Source of the DNA: an uncultured Planctomycetota bacterium
GTDB lineage: Bacteria; Planctomycetota; Planctomycetia; Pirellulales; Pirellulaceae
Length of the DNA: 64,000 bases
Assembly: GCA_963700575.1 (NCBI GenBank)
Contig: CAVOYC010000005.1
Span: forward strand, 586,178 to 650,177
Direction of reading: 5' to 3'
The position numbers and the translations under genes are program-made. Positions 11,424-23,144 of the stretch are shown here, one piece after another. The notes under the pieces are model-generated. The model saw nothing but the letters and a program-made list of their open reading frames with translations, ran no database searches and was not told where the DNA came from. The stretch's first letter is position 1; every line of letters starts with the position of its first letter.

Positions 11424-12872
11424 TCAGCCGGTCGCCTTGGCGGCCTCTCCTTGATGGAATTTGCGTTGATAGATGGTGCTCAGCGCGATGTACAGTGCGG
11501 CGGCAACGAACCAGCCGGGCAGCGAGACGAAGTAGATCTGGAATGGCTTCGCGCCATTGATTTCGATCCCACTGTTGACGAGGGCGACGCACGTACCCAA
11601 AGTAAGGAACCACGTCAAGCCGGCCGCCCAATTGAACGAGTCGCCGCTGGCTTCGGCGTAGTTGCTCTTCAATCCGACTCGGCGAATGAGGTAGTAGTCG
11701 ACGAAGATCACCGCCCCCATCGGCATCAGTACCATGCCGTACAAGGCCACGAAACCCAACAGTTTCATGGCAACACCGGGGAACATGCCGGCAACCGTCG
11801 CCAAGCCGCCCGTGGCCAGCGTGACCGCGAATCGGGACTGCTTCGGCATAATCGCCTGGAACGCCAGCCCGGCGCGATAGATGGTGGGATTGGCCGTTGT
11901 CCATCCGGCGATAATCACGCAGATCAGTCCCGTCAGACCGCAGGCCCGGTAAGCCAAGGGTCCAGGCAGCACGTCCGTATCGCTGGGATCAAGGTGCAGT
12001 TGATACGCGTACAACAGCGAGGCCGCGATCCACGCCATGAAGTGACCGACGTACATGCCCGCTGAGGTGGCAACACCGTACCAGCTCTTGCGGGCGAAGC
12101 GAAACACCGTCAGGTCACTCATGCCAATGTGCATAGCCATATTGCAGAACCAGGCAAAAAACGTCACGTGCCAGATGGTGAACTTCACCTGGTTCTCCAA
12201 CGGCTGTCCCCCCTTCCAAATATGGGTCGTGGCCAGTTGCCAGAGGTCGCTGGGGGTCTGTATCTGCCACTCGGTCGCGGTGATGAATTCCCGCAGGGCG
12301 ATGAAACCGAAAGCGAGGAATACGAGCACCATCCAGGGGGCGGCGATATTGGCGATCCGAGCGACCATGTTGTATCCGCAGGCGGCGACGATCGAAATGA
12401 TGGCTCCCACGCCTAGCACCGCCAATACCCAGCCAACGCTGTTCGGATATATGTCAGTCAACCCCGGCATTGGGAAGTCGATCCATACTCCCACCGCCGT
12501 CGCCGAGACCGTAATCATGGCCCCGGCCAGGAAGCAGAACATCACGCCGTTTGCCAGGTTGTAGAGGGTTACCAGGTTCCGGCCGCAGATCTTCTCGAGC
12601 TGATAGTAAAGCGTCAGTCGAGTGCTCGTAGCGATCGGAGCGGTCAGGAACAACCAGCTCAACACGGCCAGCAGGTTGCCCAACAACAGTCCGACAATCA
12701 AGTCAAAAGCACTCACGCCCGATGCGATGAACAACGGGCCAATCATCAATTCGGTTCCGGCGCAGTGCTCTCCGGCATACATGCCGACAAAACTCTTGAA
12801 CCCCAGCAAAGCCCTGGTCGGGACCGGTTCACGCTCGAATTCACTTGACGATTGAGTTTGGTCTTCGTCCAT
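11424..12872 (-). CDS. NCS1 (nucleobase/cation symporter-1, CodB-like) family permease
   Basis: 482 aa and about 12 predicted TM segments. The segment GNLLAVLSWLFLTAPIATSTRLTLYYQLEKICGRN parallels CodB GNLLLGIYTSFLGYIGAKTGLTTHLLARFSFG. A gap of about 110 bp separates it from rhaA upstream on the same strand. Confidence 0.7.
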   Translation of the reverse strand: MDEDQTQSSSEFEREPVPTRALLGFKSFVGMYAGEHCAGTELMIGPLFIASGVSAFDLIVGLLLGNLLAVLSWLFLTAPIATSTRLTLYYQLEKICGRNLVTLYNLANGVMFCFLAGAMITVSATAVGVWIDFPMPGLTDIYPNSVGWVLAVLGVGAIISIVAACGYNMVARIANIAAPWMVLVFLAFGFIALREFITATEWQIQTPSDLWQLATTHIWKGGQPLENQVKFTIWHVTFFAWFCNMAMHIGMSDLTVFRFARKSWYGVATSAGMYVGHFMAWIAASLLYAYQLHLDPSDTDVLPGPLAYRACGLTGLICVIIAGWTTANPTIYRAGLAFQAIMPKQSRFAVTLATGGLATVAGMFPGVAMKLLGFVALYGMVLMPMGAVIFVDYYLIRRVGLKSNYAEASGDSFNWAAGLTWFLTLGTCVALVNSGIEINGAKPFQIYFVSLPGWFVAAALYIALSTIYQRKFHQGEAAKATG

Positions 12873-12987
12873 ACGATTCAACTTCTAGGCAAGAATTGGA
12901 TGATTCCAGGTTGAATTTCAGCCACCCACGACGGCGAGCTACCCTTACTCGAAACACGGTTCGAGTGGGTGTGACGTGCCCGTGGGG

Positions 12988-14256
12988 TTAATTCCGCTTG
13001 ATCAGAACGTCGGTCTCGTATTTCTTCACCTGCTCCAGCCACGCGGCCCCGACGGGAACGCCGCTGCGCAAGCAGTAGTAATCCCACACCGGTCCGACCG
13101 GCATCGTCTTCAGCTCTTCCTGCATGGCCAGTCGCGACGTGAAATCACCGCTCAATTCAAAGGCTCGCATTTTGTCGGATGGCTCGAGCAGTGCCATCAA
13201 CAGGGCCCTGATCATGCACCGTGTACCAATCACCCACGCCGCCACCCGGTTGATGCTGGCATCGAAAAAGTCCAGCCCGAGATGAACTCGCGAGAGACCG
13301 TTGCGGACGATTTCCTGCGCGATCGCCTTCAGCTCGTCGGTCAGTGTGACCACGTGGTCGCTGTCCCAACGCACACCGCGACTGACATGCAACAGAATCT
13401 CGTCCAAGTACAATAAGACGGACGAGATCTTGTCCGAAATCACTTCCGTGGGATGAAAGTGACCAGCATCCAGGCACAGTAACTTCTGCCGACTGATGGC
13501 GTATCCGAGATAGAACTCGTGTGAACCCACGACATAACTCTCGGAACCAATGCCAAACAACTTGGCTTCCACGGCATCCAGGTTGTATTGGGGGTCCAAT
13601 GGCTCGGCGAAGATCGCGTCGAGCGATTCTGCCAATCGCACACGCGGGCCCTGACGATCAACCGGCGTGTCTTTGTAGCCGTCCGGAATCCAGACATTGG
13701 TCACACAAGGCGTCCCGAGTGCTTCACCGATGGCCGCGCCGATCTTCCGGCAGACGATGCCGTGTTCCACCCAGAACCGACGGATCGAGGGATCCTGGTG
13801 TGCGAGAGTGAAGCCGTCCGCCGCTTGCGGGTGGGAGAAAAAGGTGGGGTTGAAGTCGACACCAAGCTGTTTCTCTCGCGCCCATTCGATCCAGCTCTGG
13901 AAGTGCGCCGGCTGCAACTCGTTACGCTCCACGCGCGGCCCGCCCGTCTCGGCATAACTGGCGTGCAGGTTCATCCGATGCCGTCCCGGAATGACCGCCA
14001 GAGCCATCTCGAAATCCGCCCGCAATTCGTCTGGTGTGCGAGCCTTCCCCAGGTAGTTGCCGGTTACCGCCAGACCACCCCCCAGTTCGTCTCCCGTTTG
14101 CTCAAACCCGCCCACATCGTCGCCTTGCCAACAGTGCAGCGAAATCGGAATCGCAGATAGCACCTCCAGGGCTCGGTCAACGTCCACGCCGATGTCCGCA
14201 TACTGCTGCTTTGCCAGCTCATACGCCTGTTCCGTTCGCTCACTCTTGCTGGGCAT
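12988..14256 (-). CDS. rhaA: L-rhamnose isomerase
   Basis: The 422-aa product is collinear with E. coli RhaA along its whole length ([52 protein letters not shown]). Confidence 0.95.
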   Translation of the reverse strand: MPSKSERTEQAYELAKQQYADIGVDVDRALEVLSAIPISLHCWQGDDVGGFEQTGDELGGGLAVTGNYLGKARTPDELRADFEMALAVIPGRHRMNLHASYAETGGPRVERNELQPAHFQSWIEWAREKQLGVDFNPTFFSHPQAADGFTLAHQDPSIRRFWVEHGIVCRKIGAAIGEALGTPCVTNVWIPDGYKDTPVDRQGPRVRLAESLDAIFAEPLDPQYNLDAVEAKLFGIGSESYVVGSHEFYLGYAISRQKLLCLDAGHFHPTEVISDKISSVLLYLDEILLHVSRGVRWDSDHVVTLTDELKAIAQEIVRNGLSRVHLGLDFFDASINRVAAWVIGTRCMIRALLMALLEPSDKMRAFELSGDFTSRLAMQEELKTMPVGPVWDYYCLRSGVPVGAAWLEQVKKYETDVLIKRN

Positions 14257-14573
14257 GGTGACTCCAACTCGCTCCCGCGCTACACCCCTCCACGTCGCGG
14301 ATTCGCGGTCCCCCTGGCAACGGGAGATGCGACCGGGTCGTCCTGGGCATTGTCAGTGATCTCAAGAAACCTCTTGGCACGACGCGGAGTGCGCAACTGC
14401 CACTTCGCGATCCCACCGTGTGTTTTACGCAAGTGCGAACGTACCAACTACAGCCGAGAAATCAACTAGCCATTGCCTTGAATTCCCACCCGCTAAGCCA
14501 TTCGGGGGGAAGGTATGGGCAAGTGGAAGAGCAATACGGTCGTTGAACTCGGGGGAAGCGTTGTTCTTAATTG

Positions 14574-14602
14574 GCCGTTCACGGCCTCTGGCCGTGAACG
14601 GC
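14574..14602. promoter_or_regulatory. perfect 13-bp inverted repeat GCCGTTCACGGCC-TCT-GGCCGTGAACGGC
   Basis: Seen directly in the sequence, in the 620-bp spacer between rhaA (start 14256) and the PII gene (stop 14879). It shares the core CGTGAACG with the hairpins upstream of arsR. Confidence 0.4.
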
Positions 14603-14878
14603 TATCCTAACTCGTGATCGTGACAAGGCACTCGACTCGCTGCCAGCCAAGCCTCCGAAACGTCGAGAAAGGCCACTTTGCTTTTCACATCGTAATCGCC
14701 CTTGCGGTGCCTACGGCCGCGCCACCGATTGAGGTAGCATGGAAGCAGCTCAGACTCCTCCTAGCGGGTTTGTCCACGCGCGACGGCGGCCAGGATCAAA
14801 GCCGTGTCGGCAGCTCAACCCATCGAGCCGAGCTGAGTTGTGCCGGAAGTCATTTGGCGGCGCGTTCAGGCAGGGCGT

Positions 14879-15310
<432 letters not shown>

Positions 15311-15569
15311 TTAGCAGGCAGGGCCACTCATAGCTACGGACTCAGCCACCGCCGCAAGAATCGGTCAAATAAGCCTGGAAAATGGCCCATTTTGTTACTT
15401 TCTCGCCGCGAATTTCCGAGTTTGCACGCACCGCCAAGCGGCGGTGGAAACGACTCGCGACCAGGCGGGGAAAGAAAGGGCGATGCCACCCTTTTAGGCA
15501 CAAGGTGCGACCATCGCGTGCAGTCAAGATCCGACCCGCACCGACGTGGCATCCCTCGGCGCTCGGTTG

Positions 15570-18318
15570 CTATTCTTCCTTCAGGCCGAGTCGTGTGAGC
15601 CAGCGTCGTGACTGTTTGGCTTTTTCGGGTTCGCCTCTTACCGGCGCATCGACGATCTGCGATTTCTCTTGTTCATACAATCGCAGTTTCTCTTCCATCT
15701 GCTTCCGTTCGCGTGCCAGCCGAGCTCGTTCCAGCGAGTGTTCGATTTCGGCCTGTTTGAGTTTCTCCTGTAACTCTTCCTTCATCCGCGTCAGGTTGGC
15801 CCGTTCATCTCGGATCAGTTCATCCTGGTCGAGCAATTCAGCGATGGCGTTCGCCCCCACAGCGATGTTCCCGATACTCTCGGTCTGTTGTTCCAGAAGC
15901 CCTTTCAATTCGGCGATTTCCTTGTTCCTTATTGGCTACCACCTGATCGGTGATACGAATGGCGCCTTCCACCGTCATTCGGTCCTTGACCTGTTCGCCG
16001 TCCTTATCATCGAAATCACTTTCCAGTTGAGCGAGGAGACGTTGTTTTTGCGTTTCCCAATCGAAGCCGTCGCCGAGAACGGGTGCGGCGGCTGGCGACG
16101 TGCGAGCGCGCGTTAAATCTTTGGTAAGGCGTTCGTTTGCTGATTTCAATTCGCGCAGATCTTCCATCGCCATTTCGTAGCGTTGTCGGAGTTCTTCGTC
16201 GACATTCTCACCGGCAAGGGGGGGCAAAGAAGCTGCGTCACTGCGCAGTTGAGCGGCTTCGTGCTCGTGCTGCTCGCGGAGTTGTGACAGTTCGTGATCA
16301 TGGTCTTCGCGCAAGCGGGTCATATCCTCTTCGTACTGTTGGCGCAGCAGATTCAATTCCTGCTCGAAGTGGTCCCGCAACGCGTCGTCACCCGACGCGA
16401 GTGATCCAGCCTGCGTTAGTTCTTGTTCACGCTCGGCCAGTCGCTGCTCCAACTCCTCAATTTCACTGCGCGCCAAGGCCAGAGCTTGGCGTGCCGCGAA
16501 GTCATGTTCATCCGCACCGGCCCGCATTTGACTCAACTCGGCGGAGAGTCGTTCAATTTCGGCCTCGGCGTTGCTGTGCGTTTTCTGCAAGTCCTCGAGT
16601 TCACGGCATAATGACTGTGAGTGGTCACTCTCCTGCAGGTGAGCAACTCGCTGCTCCCACTCGCCTTGCTGTTGCTGCCAGTGGCTCAGCTGCTGGGCGT
16701 GCTCGCTACGAACGTGTTCGATCTGCGAGTTCAGTTCATCGCGTTCTCGTGCCAGCGTGTCGCTTCGCTCTTCGAGTTCCACACGTTGTTCGTTTTGCTC
16801 GTCGAGCTGTTCACGAAGGCGTTCAGCGCGGGCTGTGACCTCCATCAGTTGGACGGTTAGCTGCGAATCGGCATCCGCCGCCAGTTGCAGCAATTCGGCC
16901 CGACGTTTCTCGAGTTCCGCTGTCTGTTCTGCGCGTTGCGCTCGCAGCTGTTGGGCGATATGCCTCCGCTGGTCTCGCGTCTGTGTCTCGCGCTGTGCCA
17001 GTTGATCGCGCTGCTGCTCTAACTGCTCCCGCTGCTGCTCCAGCTGTTCACACTGCTGGTCCAGTTCGGTGGATCGCTGAGCTAACGAAGCGACAACGTT
17101 ATCTTGTTCGCGTTGCCTTTGTTCGAGCTGCGCTTGAAGTTGATGCAACTCGGCTTGTTTCTTTTCCCAGGCAGCTTGATCGTCATCCAACACGGCGCGA
17201 CGTCTTGTCAGCTGCTCCGCTTGTTCCTGAAACTGATCACGCTGGGACTGCAAGTCCTGTTGTTGCTGTTCTAGTTCCGCCATCCGCTGCTGATGCGACG
17301 CCGTGGCTTGCTCCAGCTGCTGGCGTGTTTCTTCGATACTGGCCGCCAGCGCGTCGAGATCGCCGGTGCGTTGTTCGAGTTCTTCCGAACGGATCTTGAA
17401 TTCGGCGTCACGTGATCCTAACGACTCAAGCTGTTTGCGAATCTCGGATTTCTGCTCTTCCAGTTCGCTGCGATCGGCGTCCAGGGTCTGGCGATTCTGT
17501 TCAAGTTCCTCGCGGCGTTGCTCGTATTCAACCCGCTGTTCATTGACAGCGGCACGAGCTTCTGCCAGCTGTGCCGCCTCCTGCTGGAGTTGAGTCACGC
17601 GCGTGGTGAGTTCCTCTTCTTGTTCCCCCATTTCGCGCTGGCGTTCGTCCAGCTGTTGTCGCTGTTGCTCCAACTTCTCTTCGTGCAGATGCAGTGCCTC
17701 GGTATCGGAGTCAAGTTGGCACTGACGTTGCTCCAGCTCAGCGACGTGCGTCTGGTGATCCGCCACTTGTTGCTCGGTGGCAGCACGTCGTTCTTCCAGC
17801 TCCCGAGCCTGTTGCTCGAGCTGCGTGGCGCGATGTTCCAAATTCTCGACGCGCTGCTTGAATTCCGCTTCACGCCGATCGAGGTCGCGTTTGGAGTCGG
17901 AGAACTTCCGCTGTTCTTCAGCCAGTTCATCACGCCGCTCGTTGAGTTTCTGAAGCTGGACTTGGAGGTCGCCCAGCATGCTCTCCTGCCTGGTGCTGGC
18001 ATTCGCTTGCCGCGTGTCCCACTCGCGTTGACGTGCTTCCAGCTCCTCTCTTTGGCGAGCCAGTTCCCGCGTCTTGTCTTCCAGCTCTGCCGCCTGGTGT
18101 GCCAGCTGGGCCTCGCGCTGTTCGCCCTCCGTGCGGTCCTGGTCGAGCTCTTCTGAAATCTTCTCGATCTGCTCGGCAAGCGTCGACTCAATCTGCACGA
18201 TCCGATCGTGCTCCGACTGCAGAAGTCGTTGGGCGCGGTCACGCTGCTTCTGCAGCGTGCGCGCAAATCGCTCGCTCCATTCTTGGGCCATAGCTACGTC
18301 GGGGAGTCGGTCTTCCAT
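15570..18318 (-). CDS. giant (~915 aa), almost entirely coiled-coil Q/E/R/L-rich protein; frame shift near 15900
   Basis: The 826-aa ORF 15838..18318 is almost entirely heptad-like (ELEQ, RQREE, LEQQ runs). It continues in another frame as ORF 15570..15908 (KGLLEQQTESIGNIAVG...KEELQEKLKQAEIEHSLERARLARERKQ). Confidence 0.6.
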
Positions 18319-18698
18319 GTCGTTTCGATTTCGCAGAGCCGTGCGGCAGTGTTTTTAAGGCATCAATCCCACCATGGTAGCCGCTGCGCTGGGAGCGACG
18401 GCCAAAAGGTGTTGCTGCGCGTAACTTGCTACCATTGCTATACGTCAGAACCTCGCGGCGGTCAAAAAAGGAGCCATTTTCGCGGTCGCTCTTCCGCTTT
18501 GTGACGGTGATGAGGCGAAAAAGAGGCGCGTGAAGTGATGGTCGATACCCCTCCCCCCGCGTCTTCGCCAGGCCGATGACGGCCACCATCATGGACGCGG
18601 AAATTCGCGGACGTTACACTTGGATGCCGGACGTTTGCGAGCAGATGCTGAGGATCGACACGATTGTTCCGGCACGTTGACGTTGGAGGAGTCACCGT

Positions 18699-19591
18699 TG
18701 TGAACATCGGAGCCACACTGATCGAAGATACGTTCGCCGAAGCGTTTGGGATGCGTTACGCGCGATTGATCGTCACTGCCCAGGATCGTCATTGGCTGGA
18801 TGCCGCTTTGCGTGAGTTTACCGGTTATAGTGCCTCGGTCATCGCCTGTGACGCGGAAACGGGTGTGGAACGCTATCTGGATGCCGCGGATACCCCCGAC
18901 GGGCGACCGGGTGCCGCAGTCCTGGTTGTTCGGCTTCTCGGCCGATGCCCTGGCCAAAGTGCTCCCCAATCGCACCGGCCAATGCCTGATGACCTGCCCC
19001 ACCACGGCCGTTTTTGATGGGCTGCCCGACTCCGAACAACGCGTGGCTCTGGGCAAACACCTGCGGTTCTTCGGAGACGGTTTTCAGAAAAGTAAGCTGC
19101 TCGAGGGAGTCCGCTATTGGCGTCTGCCGGTCATGGACGGTGAGTTCGTGGTTGTCGAGTCCGTGGGGATCGGCAAAGGGGTAGCGGGAGGCAATATCAT
19201 CTTGCAGGCACGCGACGTGACGGCCGCGCTAGACGCCGCCCAACGAGCGGTGATGCAAATCGCCAGCGTCGCGGGGACCATCACGCCCTTTCCGGGGGGC
19301 GTGGTCCGCAGCGGCAGCAAAGTCGGCTCTCGCTATAAAGGGCTCTCCGCGTCCACGGCCGATGCCTTTTGCCCAACACTCCGTGGCCGCGTGGCCACAC
19401 GCCTGCATGACGAGGCCAACTGCGCCTATGAAATCGTCATCGATGGCGTCAGTCAGTCGGCGGTTGCCGAAGCGATGGCAGTCGCCCTACGTGCCGCGTC
19501 CGGTGATGGAGTTGTGGCGATCAGCGCGGGCAACTACGGCGGGAAGCTGGGAAAATATCACTTCCATCTCCGCCAGTTGCTGTCATCGTGA
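18699..19591 (+). CDS. ftr: formylmethanofuran:tetrahydromethanopterin formyltransferase homolog (Ftr/FhcD); frame shift near 18920
   Basis: VNIGATLIEDTFAEAFGMRYARLIVTAQDRHWLDAALREFTGYSASVIACDAETGVERYLDAADTPDGRPGAAVLVV, then in the second frame ...LMTCPTTAVFDGLPDSEQRVALGKHLRFFGDGFQKSKLL...VMDGEFVVVESVGIGKGVAGGNIIL. Collinear with archaeal/methylotroph Ftr. GGAGGAG RBS before the GTG at 18699. Confidence 0.8.
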
Positions 19592-19806
19592 CTTTGCCGC
19601 CCCACGCATTAAAGGTCCCTTGTGGGCGGGGCGCGATGGACCAACCAGAGCGGACCAACCAGAGCGGCTCTGTCTGTGCGCGTGCCGGTGAGCGGGCACA
19701 CGTTGCGCGACGCTGAAAACTGCCACCAGGGGGTAAAAGCAGGCGTTCACTCACTGGTGTTCTGGTGGGTCGCGCAGTTGATCATGACGCTCTGGCGGTC
19801 GGCCGT

Positions 19807-20850
19807 TCAGCGATAGGGTCGCCATGTGGGGCGACGCGCTTGCTTGATGGATGCCTCAGACCCATCCGAATTGCTCGGCGCCTCCCAGCCGCCTTTTGGC
19901 TTTGGTTCGGCCTCCTGACCAATGGAACTGGAGGTCGATTCGCCGTGGCGATCGGCCACCTCCAGCTGGTGACTGGGTGGTTCGGGGCGTGCGCGCGACC
20001 GAGGCGTCCATCTGGCGGCGAGTTGGCCGGTGGGGGCAATCGTGATTTCGCGATCTTCCTGCACGGCTTGGCCGTCGGGCAGCCAAAAACGCACAAACAG
20101 GTGCAGCCGGCTCTTCTGTGGAGGCGTTTCCGTCCAGGGCATGGTCAGTTCGATTCCGCGCTGGGAACCGGCCTTCTGTAACGCCAATTCCGTTTCGGAC
20201 TCCGTGAATTCCCACAACGCGACACGCGCGCGGGTCTCGGGGTCCAGCAACACGACGTTCACGCGGCCAGGCTGAGGCACGAAATCGTGTTGCGCGTTGC
20301 GCGGTTGAAATACGACCACAATCCCATCATCGCCCGCTAGCTCGTCCCGTTGAAAACCTCCCGTCCGCGCCGCATCAAGGTGCAACTCCGTAATCTGCTC
20401 GTCTAGTGGCATCGGTATCACAGAGACGTCGTCCGCGGCATCTCCCAAATCCAACTGGGGGGGTTCGAGATCGTCGGGATCTTCACCAATCCCGCTTTTC
20501 TTCGGCCCGTCCGGGTCCGAGCGGATTCCCTCTTCGATGGTCGGAGGTGTCAGATTGGGAATATCAGGGAACAATGTCCTGGGTTCGCCACGCTCTGCTC
20601 TTGGCGACGTCGTCCCCGACGGACTTGGAGCGTTCACACTGCCCGTTTTGAGCGTCTCCAGCTCCTGCCGCAGTTTTTCCACCTCCGCCAATTTGTCGTC
20701 GTAGTCGTACTGCAGGTCGTAAAGCGTGTCTTCCAACAGGCGTTTCTCGGCATTCATATTATCGATGTACACCTGCACGTACGGATCCTTGCGGCATCCG
20801 GTCAGCGCCACTAAGACGAGCGTTGGAAGTAGGAGGAGCCGAATGTTCAT
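19807..20850 (-). CDS. lipoprotein with N-terminal coiled coil and acidic/Pro-rich regions, hypothetical
   Basis: MNIRLLLLPTLVLVALTGC is a lipobox signal. RBS GAGGGTG. No family recognised. Confidence 0.5.
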   Translation of the reverse strand: MNIRLLLLPTLVLVALTGCRKDPYVQVYIDNMNAEKRLLEDTLYDLQYDYDDKLAEVEKLRQELETLKTGSVNAPSPSGTTSPRAERGEPRTLFPDIPNLTPPTIEEGIRSDPDGPKKSGIGEDPDDLEPPQLDLGDAADDVSVIPMPLDEQITELHLDAARTGGFQRDELAGDDGIVVVFQPRNAQHDFVPQPGRVNVVLLDPETRARVALWEFTESETELALQKAGSQRGIELTMPWTETPPQKSRLHLFVRFWLPDGQAVQEDREITIAPTGQLAARWTPRSRARPEPPSHQLEVADRHGESTSSSIGQEAEPKPKGGWEAPSNSDGSEASIKQARRPTWRPYR

Positions 20851-21422
20851 CACACCCTCACGCCTTGTTGCGGCGGTTGGTGGCCGTGAGACAAGACAAT
20901 GATCGTGCCTCACTCCCAGGACGTAAAAATTGCATTTAGATCAGCGGTCCGCAAATCTTGTTCTCTAGTCTTCATGCGACGCCCATCGAGAGCCGGGTGC
21001 GCGGCAGCTCTTCGATCCCCCGGGGACCAACGACCGCATCCGAGCGTCGTACGTTCGCGGGATCGTTTTGCGGTAATGTTGGAGTCAGGTACGTTCGGCG
21101 CGGAATTTCCGCGGCTGACTCCACGGACAGCATGGCGACTACAAAAGGCCTGCGTCCGGCAAGTCTGCACACAAACTGCACCCGGCAATCGGTTGCTTCC
21201 TGCGGCAGCGAGCTCATGTTGCGGGAGAAGAGCGCACCGCACTAGCCTGCGTTCCGACAGCTTCTCGGATGAAAGCGAGATAGGTCTGTCTGCCGGCGCC
21301 GCGGGCGTTGTTCTTCCTTGAACGATTCGATTATTCTGTCCTGGCCTGAAATTTCGTTCTGTTCGACACAAACCAACGATCGGTGCATGCGGCCACTTTT
21401 GCCGCAGCGCCTCCCAGGCCGT

Positions 21423-22020
21423 CTATGAAGTCGGCCGTTCCATCTGTGCGACCACCTGGTCGATCAGGTGATACTCCTTGGCTTCGTCAGCGGTCATGAA
21501 ACAGTCCCGATCGGTATCCTTCTCGATCTTGTCCAGCGGGTGACCGGTATGACGGATCAGGATCTCGTTCATGCGGTCCTTGATGCGGCGAAACTCCTTC
21601 GCATGAATCATGATTTCTTCGGCCGTTCCCTGCATGCCGGCCAGCGGTTGATGGATCATGATCCGGGCATTGGGCAGGGCAAATCGTTTTCCGGCGGCAC
21701 CGGCGGTCAGCAGCACGGCCCCCATCGACGCGGCCTGGCCGATGCAGTAGGTGGCCACATCGCAGGTCACGAACTGCATGGTGTCGTAGATCGCCAAGTC
21801 CGGCACTGACACTGCCACCGGGCGAGTTGATGTAGAAGTGGATGTCCGACTTCGGGTCTTCCGACTGCAGGAAGAGCATTTGGGCCACGATCGAGTTGGC
21901 CACTTCATCGTTAACCGAAGAGCCCAGAAAGACGATGCGATCCTTCAGCAAACGGCTGTAGATATCGTACACGCGTTCTTCGCGACCGCTTTTTTCAACA
22001 ACGTAGGGGATCAGTGGCAT
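21423..22020 (-). CDS. clpP: ATP-dependent Clp protease proteolytic subunit (paralog 1); frame shift near 21800
   Basis: [71 protein letters not shown], then ...[53 protein letters not shown]... Catalytic Ser (GQAASMG), His and Asp are present. The two halves lie in different frames. Confidence 0.9.
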
Positions 22021-22291
22021 CGCTCGCAATTGCTCCGTACTACCAATGCCGCGAGAACTGTCTTTTCGCGAAGTGTTTTGGGTTCATTTCCGGATGCCGG
22101 CCGGCCGATACAACAGATCGTGGTGCTCCCGGCACACGATCACGCCACGTTGGCAGTGAGCTAAACCGCGGGTGCGATTCAACTTGCCTGGCGTCTGTTC
22201 CGTTTTCATCGCAACGCAGTGTCATTCGCCTCCTGGTCGCCGCCACCGCGTTGCTTCTCTTCTCGCCACCATGGCGTCAGTCGCTCGTCGG

Positions 22292-22891
22292 TCAGTCCTG
22301 ATCGTCACTTCGACCGGTGGTTTCTTCAGGATTTCGTCCACCAGGCCATACGTCTTTCGCCTCTTCCGCACTGAGGAAGAAATCACGATCGGTGTCCTTG
22401 GCGATCTTCTCGATATCCTGGCCCGAATGGAAGGCGAGGATCTCGTTCAGCATCTGCGATTGCGCAGGATTTCGTTCGCCTGGATCTCGATGTCGCTGAC
22501 TTGCCCCCCGACACCGCCGTAGGGCTGGTGCAGCATGACGCGGGCATGGGGCAACGCGATAACGTTTGCCTTTCGTGCCACCGGTCAGCAGGACCGCCGC
22601 ACCGCTGGCCGCCTGCCCGACGCAGTAGGTGGCGACCGGACAGCTGAGGATCTGCATCGTGTCGTAAATGGCCAACGTGGCACACCACGTCTCCGCCGGG
22701 CGAGTTCAGAGTAGAAGTGGATGTCCTTGCGGCGATTCTCGCTCTGCAAGTACAGCAGCTTCATCACGACGTCGTTGGCATTGCCCGTGTAGATCTCGCC
22801 CTGGAGAAAGACAATCCGGTTCTCCAGCAACGAGATCGCCCAGGGTCAGCTGTCGCTGCCGCTGATACGACTGGTAGGAATACGAATCCAT
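22292..22891 (-). CDS. clpP: ATP-dependent Clp protease proteolytic subunit (paralog 2); at least 3 frame shifts
   Basis: [20 protein letters not shown] / [39 protein letters not shown] / [38 protein letters not shown]...[34 protein letters not shown]. The fragments lie in three frames. Confidence 0.85.
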
Positions 22892-23144
22892 GATCGGAGC
22901 AGGAAACGGTCGGCTCATGCCACTGGTCCTTTGGCACTTGAGTCTCGAATGTCCGCATGGATCCGCATCTCCGGTGTCCACCGACGCTGCTGATCGCGCG
23001 CTGCGGCAGATGATCGGGACCGCCGGACAACTTCCGTATGCATACGTCGGGAGAGTCATCACCGGCAGGCTCCGTGCATCCCACCACGGTCCTCTGCCAA
23101 CGCGAGAGATTCCCACAGACTGACCAGATCCGCAAGATCACACG

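Noticed and set aside
16137-18358. Several plus-strand ORFs (e.g. 16137..16838, 17518..18156)
   Set aside because: Antisense to the giant coiled-coil gene. Repeats in the sense strand generate long shadow ORFs on the antisense strand.
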